From positions 1 through 52,933 of the IMG/VR virus record IMGVR_UViG_3300012920_000054: DNA of 52,933 nucleotides, one strand, 5' to 3'. The notes under the pieces were generated by a model. That model was not told the DNA's origin. It did not search any database and was given only the letters and a program-made list of their open reading frames with translations. How positions within the stretch are numbered: position 1 is the stretch's first letter; each line of letters opens with the position of its first letter. This DNA comes from a virus. Lineage: Duplodnaviria; Caudoviricetes. A program made the translations under genes and the position numbers. This document shows, piece after piece, positions 17,553-28,200 of the stretch.

Positions 17553-17795
17553 CTAGCCGGCCACCAATTCTCGCATTTCTGCAAATTCTGGTGGTACAAC
17601 TTTAGAGTTGTATCGAAAATTACCAACAAGATTGATTGTGTTAAACAAGCAATACTTCTTAGTAATGGAATCATAGATTCCAAAGGTAACATAACGTTTT
17701 TTAGATTCGTAAATCTTAATAAACCCTGCACCTTCTCGATTACGTTCCTCTGCAAGTGCCCAAATTTCATTGAACACATTGTTAAGGTGACGCAT
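17553..17795 (-). CDS. Hypothetical protein (80 aa)
   Basis: GAGGA RBS upstream, with its own promoter and terminator. Confidence 0.75.
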   Translation of the reverse strand: MRHLNNVFNEIWALAEERNREGAGFIKIYESKKRYVTFGIYDSITKKYCLFNTINLVGNFRYNSKVVPPEFAEMRELVAG

Positions 17796-17868
17796 TTCGA
17801 AATCCTCTTCCGATTTATGGGAGCAACAACATGTGTTGCCGTGTCACATATCTACTATGCTTATGCGT

Positions 17869-17897
17869 ATTTAAACATACTTGAAGCAGTATGTCAA
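17869..17897 (-). promoter_or_regulatory. Sigma70-like promoter TTGACA-17-TTAAAT with overlapping inverted repeat
   Basis: TTGACA 17897-17892, TTAAAT 17874-17869; ACATACT/AGTATGT inverted repeat at 17875-17894. Confidence 0.5.
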
Positions 17898-17933
17898 CCT
17901 TTTTGGTAAAATAAAACCCATTATATTGATTCT

Positions 17934-17941
17934 GATAAATA
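17934..17941 (+). promoter_or_regulatory. Late-type promoter motif GATAAATA
   Basis: 5 nt upstream of the gp25-like ATG at 17947. Confidence 0.6.
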
Positions 17942-17946
17942 ACAGT

Positions 17947-18321
17947 ATGGCTAGGTTAATAGGATTCAGTACAGTAGGTAGAACGAAGGCACCTTTCACG
18001 GTTACAGGTAAAGAGTGTGTGCTTCGAGATCTTGAAAATGAATTCTACACTAAAAAAGGCGAACGCCCAATGAGACCTAATTTTGGTAGCATTATTTGGG
18101 ATTTGCTTATGGACCCAGCAACAGGACAAGTAGAAAAACTTGTCAAAGAGGATATACAAAGAATTTTAGATAGAGACCCTAGGGTCGAAGAGAAAAAAGT
18201 TAAGGTACTGGTATTAGATAATTCAATCAGTGCCGAAGTGGTTATAGACGTGATTCCGTTTAATTCCGTTGAAACATTATACTTGACTTACACTCAGCAA
18301 ATTGAAGAAGGTATTAGTTAA
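17947..18321 (+). CDS. Baseplate wedge protein (gp25-like), 124 aa
   Basis: Start revised to ATG 17947; motifs KGERPMRPNFGSIIWDLL and DPRV. Confidence 0.92.
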   Translation: MARLIGFSTVGRTKAPFTVTGKECVLRDLENEFYTKKGERPMRPNFGSIIWDLLMDPATGQVEKLVKEDIQRILDRDPRVEEKKVKVLVLDNSISAEVVIDVIPFNSVETLYLTYTQQIEEGIS

Positions 18322-21300
18322 TGGCTAAAAGTAGACAAAATAATTTATTTGCCGCTGAAGACTGGAAAGTAGCCTACAAAGCATACAGCGAAGTAAACTA
18401 TCAAGCATATGACTTTGATACTATGCGTGGGGCAATGGTTGACTATGTCAAAACAAATTTTCCAGAAAACTTCAATGACTATATAGAAAGTTCAGAATTT
18501 ATTGCTATCATAGAACTGTTAGCATATCTTTCTCAGTCATTGGCATTTAGAATGGACATCAATACTAGAGAAAACTTTTTAGAAACAGCAGAAAGAAAAG
18601 ACTCGGTATTTAAACTTGCAAGAATGTTAGGATACAATCCTAAGAGAAATATTCCTGCTAGTGGACTAATGAAAATAGTCAGTATTAAAACATCTGAACA
18701 GATGACAGACAGCAACGGACAAAATCTTAGTAACAGAGTAATTTACTGGGACGATGCAAACAACAATAATAACTACGAACAATTTATATCGGTATTGAAC
18801 TCTGCAATGAGCAGTACTAACAGATTTACTTCTCCAATTCAAGAAGGCAGTATTAATAATATAAAAACAGAACTATATCAATTGAATACTCCTTTAAACT
18901 CACCAATTAGTTATAACAACTCTGTGAGAGTAGCAGGAGCACAGAAGCAGATTAACATTGTTAATCCAACTTTCCAAGACAACAGTCATTTCTTTGAAAG
19001 ACATCCTGATCCAACCAATCTGTTTAATTTGATTTACAGAAATGATGGTAAAGGAAACGGAAGTAGTAACACAGGTTTCTTTGTAATGTTCAGGCAAGGA
19101 CAGTTACAGTTTGCAGACTTTAACTATACTACTCCTGTTGAAAACAGAGTACAAGACATACAAGTTGCAAACATTAATGAATCAGATGTTTACTTGCAAG
19201 AAGTAAACACTGGCGGACAAGTGTTAAACAAATGGACCAAGATACCTAACACAGTTGGACAAACACTTAACTATAACAGCATAAGTTTAAATACTAGAAA
19301 CTTATATTCAGTTGAAAACGTAGGCGATAGTAACGGTATTAGATTACGTTTTCCAGATGGTGAGTTTGGAAATGTGCCAACAGGTATCTATAGAGTTTGG
19401 TATAGATCAAGCGATCCTTCGAGATATACAATTAATCCTGAAGAAGCAAAAAATCTAACAATCACAGTACCATATGTTAATGCCGCAGGTAAAGAAGAAA
19501 AACTTACATTAACATATAGTCTACAGTATAAAGTAGGTAATAGTGCTCCTTCAGAAAGTTTAGCGGCTATTAAAGATAGAGCACCTAAAACATTCTATAC
19601 ACAAAATAGAATGGTATCAGCACAAGATTACAATGTGTTCCCAGAAACACAAAGCAGTAATATAACAAAAGTAAAATCTATAAACAGAACACATTCTGGG
19701 CATAGTAGATATATTGATATTAATGATCCTACAGGAACATATCATAATATAGATACATTTGCCGATGATGCATTTTTGTATTCAAACGACTCTAACCACA
19801 CACAAGAAGTTATTGTCAACGAAGCCACAACAGCATTAGAAGTAGTATCAAGTATTTTACCAAATGCATTAAAAAATAGAAAAGTAAATAATTTTGTATA
19901 TTACAAAATGAGAAACGCATGGACTAATCCGTCAATGGGTGGTTCTTATGCAAACTTTAGGTATGAGACACAAGATCAAGTAGTTTGGAATCCGCTACCT
20001 CTTACAGGCGAAAGTAAGTCAGGATACATTAGCGAACAGTTTACTGACGGAAATAGAAATGTTTTAGTAAACACATTGACACAAACTGCAATGTTCAAAG
20101 AAAATACATTTTTAAAATTTGTTGATCCTGCAGATAACATAGGTGGCACAAAATGGGTAAGGCTTGTAAACATTGAAAACAATGGTGCCTTAAGTGCAGG
20201 ACTTAGTACAAGTATAGGACCAATTACTTTAAGCGAAGAAGTGCCAGCACTTTGGGAGGTTAGAGAAGTAATAGTATCAATGAGAAAACTTTTCTCTGTA
20301 GCAGAAATTAGTGGTGTAAATGGGTTCGAAACAGCCATAAAGAACAGAGAAACTTTCGGTATTGGGTATAATTTAATTACAGATTCATGGTATAAAATAC
20401 CAAGCACAGAACTAACAACAGCCTCTAAAACAGGCACATATAGTTTAGATTCTGCTAATGCAGGTCCAAACAGTTGGGTTATACTCATGGAGTATAGTGC
20501 TATTGATATTAATAATTACAAGTATAAAATGACAATTCGTGGTAGCGAATATGTTGTTCAAAGTGAAGCAGATCTTAAATTCTACAATGTAAAATCTGTT
20601 AAAACATTAGGTAGTGATAATAAAAGTAACAAGGATACAGTTATTATTACAAGCACAAATACAAAGCCAGGAACATCAGAGACATTTGAATGGAGTGGCT
20701 CAAAATGGATAAATTCAGAATTTGGATTAGCAATTGAACCTATCGGTCTTGCAATTAATTTACCGTTGAGAACAAGAGATACAAAAGCAACAGATGTAGA
20801 TACACAATGGGTAAGTAACTTTGGTATTATGAAAACATCTGGAACAACAGTTGCAGATCAAGTTTCATTTAATAGATATGTTGAAGAAGCAGTTATCACA
20901 TTAAATACGTTCCATCAGGTAGGTGGTATAACAAGTGAGACTAATGTAGTAATTGCAAATAATATTGGAACTATACAGAGTTTACCTAGCAAAATAGATA
21001 TACCGTTTAACAACACAACATTTGGAAGTAATTTTGTTGATACCTCTGAAGCAATACCATATGTAATTTATAGACAAGTTCCTAATGGAGGTTCACCAGG
21101 TGGAGAAAAAATATTTAGAGCAAATGCACAGGTTGTTACAGCAGATGGTGTAGCAGGAACAGGTTCAGGTCTTGATGATACTTCTAAGTCTTGGGGTACA
21201 GATGGTACATCACAAGACACAAGTCCAGACCTAGGAAGAATTTTATTTAAATCCTATGATACTGTAACAGGCGTAGGAAAATTAGAATACAACAGAGTAC

Positions 21301-22535
21301 AGAATGGTGACTATCACTACTCAAGAGATGGCTCTGCAAATCCTCCTTACAGAGATAAAATAGTTATTCATTATGAAAACAGCAAAGAAAAATTAGATAA
21401 GCCTATTGAATGGGAAGTTGTTGACAGTTTCAAGGAAAGCGATGGATACACTGACAATAGAAAAGTTATTGTTGCTCCTTTAGATACTGATAATGATTTA
21501 GTACCAGATAGACCAATACAATTTTTAGAGTATGTCGATGATTCAGATTATGTGTACTTTGAATACTACACAGACTTTGATGGTTATAGATATGATAAAC
21601 CATGTAGTGGAATTATACATGACTTTAGAAGAGAAGACAGTTTAGTTATTGATGATACAAAAGATAGTGTTTCACCAATATCTTACAACAAGCCAGTAAC
21701 ATTAAGTACATCAAAATGGATTGTTGTTAAAAATAAAACAGTAGCAATGCTATTTGAAAATTTAGTAAACAGCAAAGGACTAATAATTACAACAGCGGAT
21801 GATATGAAAACATATCAACTAACTCCTTTGAGTACAGCAAATAGCCAAGTAAAATTAAGTGAAACAACAGATTACTTTGTTAAGAATGGTAGAGGTAAAA
21901 CACAAAATACTGCCGCTCCATTTATAGCACCAGGAACAATACGTTGGAATCATGTTGCACCAAGTGATGTGAGAATTGATCCAAGTATTAGTAATGTTGT
22001 AGAAATGGTTGTGCTAACAACAAGTTATTACACACAGGTTAGAGAATGGCAAGCAAGGCCAGTAGGATCATTTCCTTTAGAGCCAACAAGTGATCAACTA
22101 GCATCAGAATTTACTAATTTAGATCAATACAAAACAGCAAGTGATTCATTAGTTTACAGAAGTGCTAAGTTTAAATTACTGTTTGGGCCACAAGCAGACG
22201 AGGTACATCAGGCAAAATTTAAGATTATTAAATTATCTGATCAGATTAGTGATAATGAGTTGAAAGCAAGAGTCATAACTGCAATCAATACATATTTCAA
22301 TGTAACAAATTGGGAGTTCGGAGAATCATTTTACTTCACAGAACTAAGTTCATATATTCATCAACAACTTGGTAGTAGCATAGGTAGTATTGTAATATTG
22401 CCAAAGAGCTCTACAGGAAAATTTGGTGAGATGTTCCAAGTAAAAGCAGAACCAAATGAATTGTTCTTAAGTACAGCAACAGTTAGCGATATTGAAATCG
22501 TAAGTAGATTAGATAACCAAACATTAGGATCATAA
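18321..22535 (+). CDS. Baseplate wedge subunit (gp6-like), 1404 aa
   Basis: YDFDTMR, NFNDYIESSEF, ENFLETAERKDSVFKLARMLGYNPKR, FPDGEFGNVP and QNRMVSAQDY motifs; follows gp25. Confidence 0.9.
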   Translation: MAKSRQNNLFAAEDWKVAYKAYSEVNYQAYDFDTMRGAMVDYVKTNFPENFNDYIESSEFIAIIELLAYLSQSLAFRMDINTRENFLETAERKDSVFKLARMLGYNPKRNIPASGLMKIVSIKTSEQMTDSNGQNLSNRVIYWDDANNNNNYEQFISVLNSAMSSTNRFTSPIQEGSINNIKTELYQLNTPLNSPISYNNSVRVAGAQKQINIVNPTFQDNSHFFERHPDPTNLFNLIYRNDGKGNGSSNTGFFVMFRQGQLQFADFNYTTPVENRVQDIQVANINESDVYLQEVNTGGQVLNKWTKIPNTVGQTLNYNSISLNTRNLYSVENVGDSNGIRLRFPDGEFGNVPTGIYRVWYRSSDPSRYTINPEEAKNLTITVPYVNAAGKEEKLTLTYSLQYKVGNSAPSESLAAIKDRAPKTFYTQNRMVSAQDYNVFPETQSSNITKVKSINRTHSGHSRYIDINDPTGTYHNIDTFADDAFLYSNDSNHTQEVIVNEATTALEVVSSILPNALKNRKVNNFVYYKMRNAWTNPSMGGSYANFRYETQDQVVWNPLPLTGESKSGYISEQFTDGNRNVLVNTLTQTAMFKENTFLKFVDPADNIGGTKWVRLVNIENNGALSAGLSTSIGPITLSEEVPALWEVREVIVSMRKLFSVAEISGVNGFETAIKNRETFGIGYNLITDSWYKIPSTELTTASKTGTYSLDSANAGPNSWVILMEYSAIDINNYKYKMTIRGSEYVVQSEADLKFYNVKSVKTLGSDNKSNKDTVIITSTNTKPGTSETFEWSGSKWINSEFGLAIEPIGLAINLPLRTRDTKATDVDTQWVSNFGIMKTSGTTVADQVSFNRYVEEAVITLNTFHQVGGITSETNVVIANNIGTIQSLPSKIDIPFNNTTFGSNFVDTSEAIPYVIYRQVPNGGSPGGEKIFRANAQVVTADGVAGTGSGLDDTSKSWGTDGTSQDTSPDLGRILFKSYDTVTGVGKLEYNRVQNGDYHYSRDGSANPPYRDKIVIHYENSKEKLDKPIEWEVVDSFKESDGYTDNRKVIVAPLDTDNDLVPDRPIQFLEYVDDSDYVYFEYYTDFDGYRYDKPCSGIIHDFRREDSLVIDDTKDSVSPISYNKPVTLSTSKWIVVKNKTVAMLFENLVNSKGLIITTADDMKTYQLTPLSTANSQVKLSETTDYFVKNGRGKTQNTAAPFIAPGTIRWNHVAPSDVRIDPSISNVVEMVVLTTSYYTQVREWQARPVGSFPLEPTSDQLASEFTNLDQYKTASDSLVYRSAKFKLLFGPQADEVHQAKFKIIKLSDQISDNELKARVITAINTYFNVTNWEFGESFYFTELSSYIHQQLGSSIGSIVILPKSSTGKFGEMFQVKAEPNELFLSTATVSDIEIVSRLDNQTLGS

Positions 22536-22538
22536 TAA

Positions 22539-25001
22539 ATGTCTGAAAAGAAAGTTTACCAAAAGTTACCCGCGGTACTTCAAACTACTGCGATAAAAAA
22601 CTTTTTTGAAAGTACTGTAGAGCAATTATTCAGTAAATCAAATGTAGAGCCTATACAAGGATATATCGGCTCTCCGAGTAGTGATGACGTAAATGTAAGT
22701 GGTAAATTCTTAGCAGAACCTACAACAGTTAAAAAATTCTATGGACTAACACCAACTGTAAACACTATTAATACAACTACAGGACAAAGTGAAAACTTGT
22801 TTTTCTATGACGAACTTGTAGAAACATTAGAGACATATGGTGTTAATGTTAAAAATCACAATAAAATTTTCTCAGAAAAATTTGCATCATTTTTACCTCC
22901 AATAAACATAGATAAGTTTACAAACTATCAAGAATACTATTGGTATCCAAAAGGGCCTGATGCTATATCAATCACAGGAACAGTAGAAAATTATATTGAT
23001 ATTGATAAAGATATAATAGGAATGAAAACTTTTACTCCATCAGGCGGTAAAGCATTTCGTAATGGCATGGTTGTAACATTTAGTGGTGATTACGTTATTC
23101 CTGCTTCAAAACATAACATAGAATATGTTGTACAGGGTGTAGGCGAAAGCATATCATTAATTAAGAAGGAAGTAAATCTAAGTGCTAGATATACATCTAC
23201 AGGATATACAAGCAACAGCATTGACCTAACTTACAAAACAACTGGTGCAGTTACAGACACAGTAACATATAATGCTCCACAAACAGGTGATGCTATTACT
23301 TCTGATGTTGGTGACCCAGAAGTGTACATCAAAGGAAGCGGAGCACCAGGAACAAAAACAGAAATTCAAACTATTAATGTTGGAACATTGAACAGATACA
23401 ATGGCACAACAACACTTAGCGATGGTAACACAACTATATCAATAAATCATGCAACTGCACAGCCAAGAAACATTGTGGAACTTGTTGCACAATTAAAAGC
23501 GGCAACTGGTTATAGTAATTTAAAATTTACAGTTGATGTTGCAGATAGATCTCCAGTTGACTATGTTGTACAAGAAAAAAATGCAATTAACAATAATGCC
23601 TGGAGTAGAATTAACTTTTGGTATCATAAAAATAATTTCTTAGATGCAGATAATTCTTTGCCTAGTAGATCATTTCGTGCAAGTCGACCTATTATCGAAT
23701 TTGACAAAACACTAGAACTATATGATCACGGAACAGGAAAGTCTATTGCTGACATTGATGCAGTAGCATATAACTATACATTCAAAGAATTAGATGGAAG
23801 TAATGCAGGCACAACATTTGTAGACGGTGTAAACAGACTTAATTACGATCAAATTATTTTTAACAACGAAGTAACAGACATTGCAAAGTATGTTTATAAA
23901 CTTACAAAAATACAAGCAGATCCTGTTATTACAACTACTGTGGGAAGTGGAGCACAATTTAGTATCACACTAACAGGACAAGGCAGAGATAGTGTTATTA
24001 GTGCTATAACAGTTACTGATGGTGGAAGTGGATACAGCTCTGTGCCAGAACTAACAATAGGTGGAGCAACAGGTAATAACTTTGGTAGTGGAGCAACAGC
24101 AACCGCTACTATTTCAGGTGGAGCCATTACAGGAGTTACAGTTACAAATGGTGGATCAGGGTATTATTTAAACGGCCAATATAGACTTGAGAAGGTTGGC
24201 GATCCTGAAACTAATCCTGCAAATACAAATGAAGGTGATGCACTATTCAAGCCTTTGATGGCATTAGCAAATCAAACAGTTTCCGTTAGAAGCGGTGAGT
24301 CGCAACTAGGTAAAGAATTTAGATGGGACGGATTGCAATGGATTAGATGTCAAGAAAAAGTTTTACCTAATCAAGCACCATTATTTAATTTGTACGACAG
24401 CGACGGCGTAGCATTAGATGATGTTGCGGTATATCCTGCTTCTACATTTAACGGTAGCAAAATATTTGGTTATGCTGTAGAAGTGCCTGAGAATGCAACA
24501 AATATTACTAAAAGCAGTATAGTAGACCCACAACTAGGACAACAATTAGTGTACAAACAATTTAATGCACAGAGTGAAATATTATTTGAAAACTTCATAG
24601 AAACAGAAAGTTTTAACTTTACGCCTTTTGGTAGTAATACTGCAACAGGTGTAACATTAGGAGCATCCAATACTGGTGGTCCATACTCTATAAACGGATA
24701 CTATCCTTTGTATGCCAGAGAAACATTAGCACAAGCGGCTGGAGACGGCACCGCACATGAACATGTGTTCTTTGGAAAAACTTTTTACATGCCAAATGGA
24801 CTTGAATTAGGAGTAACTTCCTTCCACGGAAATTACAACGGTTCTCTTACATCAGCAGACCTTACAGAAAGCACTACAACTACCTCAACAGGCGCAACTC
24901 CGATTGCAAGTTCCCCGATTTCTTCAACGATAAATACAAGTAATAATACAGGTGGATCCGGCTCAGGTGGAAGTGGTTCAGGCGGAGGATATGGATACTA
25001 A
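22539..25001 (+). CDS. Baseplate/virion structural protein (gp7-position), 820 aa
   Basis: Follows gp6. Contains LPAVLQT, PPINIDKFTNYQEYYW and RASRPIIEF motifs, GSGY-type beta repeats and a Gly/Ser tail. Confidence 0.6.
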   Translation: MSEKKVYQKLPAVLQTTAIKNFFESTVEQLFSKSNVEPIQGYIGSPSSDDVNVSGKFLAEPTTVKKFYGLTPTVNTINTTTGQSENLFFYDELVETLETYGVNVKNHNKIFSEKFASFLPPINIDKFTNYQEYYWYPKGPDAISITGTVENYIDIDKDIIGMKTFTPSGGKAFRNGMVVTFSGDYVIPASKHNIEYVVQGVGESISLIKKEVNLSARYTSTGYTSNSIDLTYKTTGAVTDTVTYNAPQTGDAITSDVGDPEVYIKGSGAPGTKTEIQTINVGTLNRYNGTTTLSDGNTTISINHATAQPRNIVELVAQLKAATGYSNLKFTVDVADRSPVDYVVQEKNAINNNAWSRINFWYHKNNFLDADNSLPSRSFRASRPIIEFDKTLELYDHGTGKSIADIDAVAYNYTFKELDGSNAGTTFVDGVNRLNYDQIIFNNEVTDIAKYVYKLTKIQADPVITTTVGSGAQFSITLTGQGRDSVISAITVTDGGSGYSSVPELTIGGATGNNFGSGATATATISGGAITGVTVTNGGSGYYLNGQYRLEKVGDPETNPANTNEGDALFKPLMALANQTVSVRSGESQLGKEFRWDGLQWIRCQEKVLPNQAPLFNLYDSDGVALDDVAVYPASTFNGSKIFGYAVEVPENATNITKSSIVDPQLGQQLVYKQFNAQSEILFENFIETESFNFTPFGSNTATGVTLGASNTGGPYSINGYYPLYARETLAQAAGDGTAHEHVFFGKTFYMPNGLELGVTSFHGNYNGSLTSADLTESTTTTSTGATPIASSPISSTINTSNNTGGSGSGGSGSGGGYGY

Positions 25002-25219
25002 TGGCTACAGTTAATTTCGTTGGCGCAACAAACACAGAAGGACCTTTTGCAATTAATGGTTTTTATCCATTGTATGCAACAGAGGCCAAATCTAATACTC
25101 ATGACGGTGGTAATGGTACATCACATGCTCACGTATTCTTTGGACAAACTTTCTATATGCCAAATGGACTTAAGATGGGTTCAACACAGTTCCATGGTGA
25201 ATACGATGGTTCTCTGACA
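24660..25219 (+). repeat. Duplicated ~64-codon protein module flanking the 820-aa/7185-aa gene boundary
   Basis: Copy 1 at 24660-24851 (GPYSINGYYPLYA...HEHVFFGKTFYMPNGLELG...FHGNYNGSLT). Copy 2 at 25022-25219 (GPFAINGFYPLYA...HAHVFFGQTFYMPNGLKMG...FHGEYDGSLT). Confidence 0.9.
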
Positions 25220-28200
25220 GCAGAATATAATCAATCCGCTACAACAAATAGTGCGTCGAACATAAAAGGATATTATTATTACAAACTGGACAAAACAGTA
25301 CCAGAATATCATAATGCTTGGAAATTTATTGATGAGCCAAGCAAACAAAGAATTTTTACATCATATTCTCTTACACAGGTTGACATAGATGCAAATGTTA
25401 CAGACTTTTTTGTAGGCTGTTATCCTGATGTCGACACAACAAAAGTGTGTGGTTATGATATCACTGTATTAATTAATGCAATACCAGTAACAACATTTAC
25501 ATACGGTGACAGACCTGCATTTATACAATTTCCTGATACGCAAACTTTTAATGTTGGCGACTTCATAGAAATTAGTGCATCTGCAAAAGAAGGCTTGATT
25601 AGTTCAAAAGGACCAAGCAAATATGAACTGCCACTAAGTTGGGGACACAACACAACTAACCAAGATATTTTAAATGTTAGTGCTCCAGAATATATTGGAC
25701 AATTTAAACAACACATAGAAAAGCAACAAGGCTTCTCAGGAGAATCTTTAGGAAGTAATAACTATCAAGACTCTTCAAAAGTTGCTGGCGTAGAAAACGA
25801 TATTGTACAAACAAACCAAGACACAATGCTTGGTGCTTTTCTTGTTGACGATAATCCAAGTAACTTAGTTGATGCATTGAGATTTAATGCCAACGAATAT
25901 ATTAAATTTAAAAATAGACTTCGACATGAAATTGAAAAGTATTACAATACCAATGCTACAACAGGACTTACAAATGAATATGTTTTAGATCAGGTATTAA
26001 GGAATGTTACAAGTTTTAAAATAGGCAATGATGTTTTTAACAAAACATATATTCTACCATTTGGTGACAATTATACAAAAGAAGATTTTACTGTTACTAC
26101 AGATACAGTAACATATACACTAAGTTCTTTTGCTGATTTAGATTTAATTGAAAACAGTTTGTTAGTGTACTTAAACAGCAAACTTTTAGTTGTTGAAAAA
26201 GATTATACAATTACAAGTTTTAGTCCACTGACTGTAAAATTATTAACATCAGCATCAGGTGGTGATACATTATGTACAAAACTTTATAATGCAGAAAGAG
26301 ATAGTGCCCAGTGTCCGCCTACTCCAAGTACAATGGGTATTATGCCATTGTATCAACCTATACTTGAAACAGACACAAGTTTTAAAACACCAATTACAAC
26401 ATTGGTAGGTCATGACGGTAGTAGACAAAAAGCATTTGGCGATTTCCGTGACGATATATTATTAGAATTTGAAACAAGAATTTACAACTCTGCAAAAGCA
26501 GAATTTAGAACTGCAAACAGTTTACCAGCATACAACAGCATAGATATTAGGTGTGGTGCTTTTAGAGATACAGGATATACACATGGTGAGTTTTATGATT
26601 TAATTAGACACTATTTTTCATCATGGACAATATCTGAAAACTTAGATCCTATTGTAAACGAATTTTTTGATTCCCAAGATGAGTGGTCTTGGAATTACAG
26701 TAGCACCGAATTACCAGGACATTGGAGAGGCTGGTACGAATTTTATTATGACACAGTAAGACCAAATACACATCCTTGGGAGATGTTAGGGTTTACTGAA
26801 AAGCCACTATGGTGGGACGAAGAATACTATGTGTATGATGTAGATGACATTGACAGATTAATACCAAGAGTTGATTACGGTTCAGGCAATACAAAACTTT
26901 GGACTGATTTAGAAGAAGGTATTATTAGACAAGGTCCAAGACAGAATCTAAACAATTACAAGATTAATAATCCTTACAGACGTATAGGGTTAGGGGACTT
27001 ATTACCAATAGATGCTAATGCAAAACTTATTAGTCCTTATAGAATTAAGTCAACAGATACTACAACAATATCTACAACATGGGTAGCATCAGAAGGCTCT
27101 GCTGATGATCAATTTGCTTTTAGAACAAACAGTTTTAGAAAGTTAGATGGTATAAACGTTACTGCTTCTGATAAACTGTATGTTGAAAGTAATAACTTGC
27201 CTACCGCAGATAAAAAGACAACAGAACAAGTAACATCGTTTGTTATACCAAGAAGATCACAACTTAATGATGCATCTACTTGGAACAATACCCCTCAAGT
27301 AAAAGCAAAAGCAATTGGTGTTTTAGTTAATGGTGATCCATTAATGAGTATCGATAGTGGCGAATATTGGGACACTGATAAAACTTATGAAACAGCAACA
27401 TGGATCTATAACAAAGCACAACAAAAAGATATTACAAATCCTGTTATAACTGAACAAGGTGTAGCAACACATTATACAATAAATCCAGATGTGTTAGGAC
27501 TTACAGAATGGGATACTGCAAATGCATCACCGGTTGTTGGTTGGGCATTTGATGGCTTACCAATTTACGGACCTTATGGTTACAGCGATGCTAATGACAA
27601 TACAAGTTCTGTAGTAAGAATACAAAGTGGCTGGGAGTTAGATACTAGAACAAGAGGCACAGGAAACACAGGCGAAACAACAGGGCCTGGTGGTAAACCA
27701 ACAGGACAATTCATAAAAGACTTCAAGATTAGTGCAAGTGCAGGATCAAGTGGTTTTACAGACTCATTTAACATGAGATATGCTGTAACAAAAGATAGTG
27801 CAACACCTATATGGCATTATGTTGCAACTGTAGACGCAAACAATAAGCCTGCTTTCCCATATCACGTAGGTGGTGGTATTGTAACAACAGATAGATGGGC
27901 AGGTAAGTTTAGAGCAGAAACTGAAGCAACAGGAACAATTTCATCTATTGATGTTATAGACGCAGGTGGATTATATACGTCGGCACCAACTATTACAATC
28001 ACAGGAGATGGCACAGGAGCAACAGCATCAGCAGTTATTGTTGACAAGAAAATTTCTAGCATTACAATTACAGCAGTAGGTAACGGATATACTTATGCTA
28101 CTGCAACAGTAGGTAACGACGGCGGAGGTGTTAGAGGTAAACTTAGAGTAAATGTATTAGGCGAGGACAATACCACATTCCAAGGAACTAGAAATCAAGC

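Noticed and set aside
17486-17779. 97-aa minus ORF overlapping the 80-aa ORF
   Set aside because: Runs through the terminator and lacks an RBS; the 80-aa frame has RBS, promoter and terminator in the proper places.
24850-25030. Split intein or readthrough joining the 820-aa and 7185-aa ORFs
   Set aside because: No Cys/Ser-start or His-Asn intein blocks and no slippery heptamer; the junction is an ordinary TAATG coupling as at 11877, 14544 and 18321.
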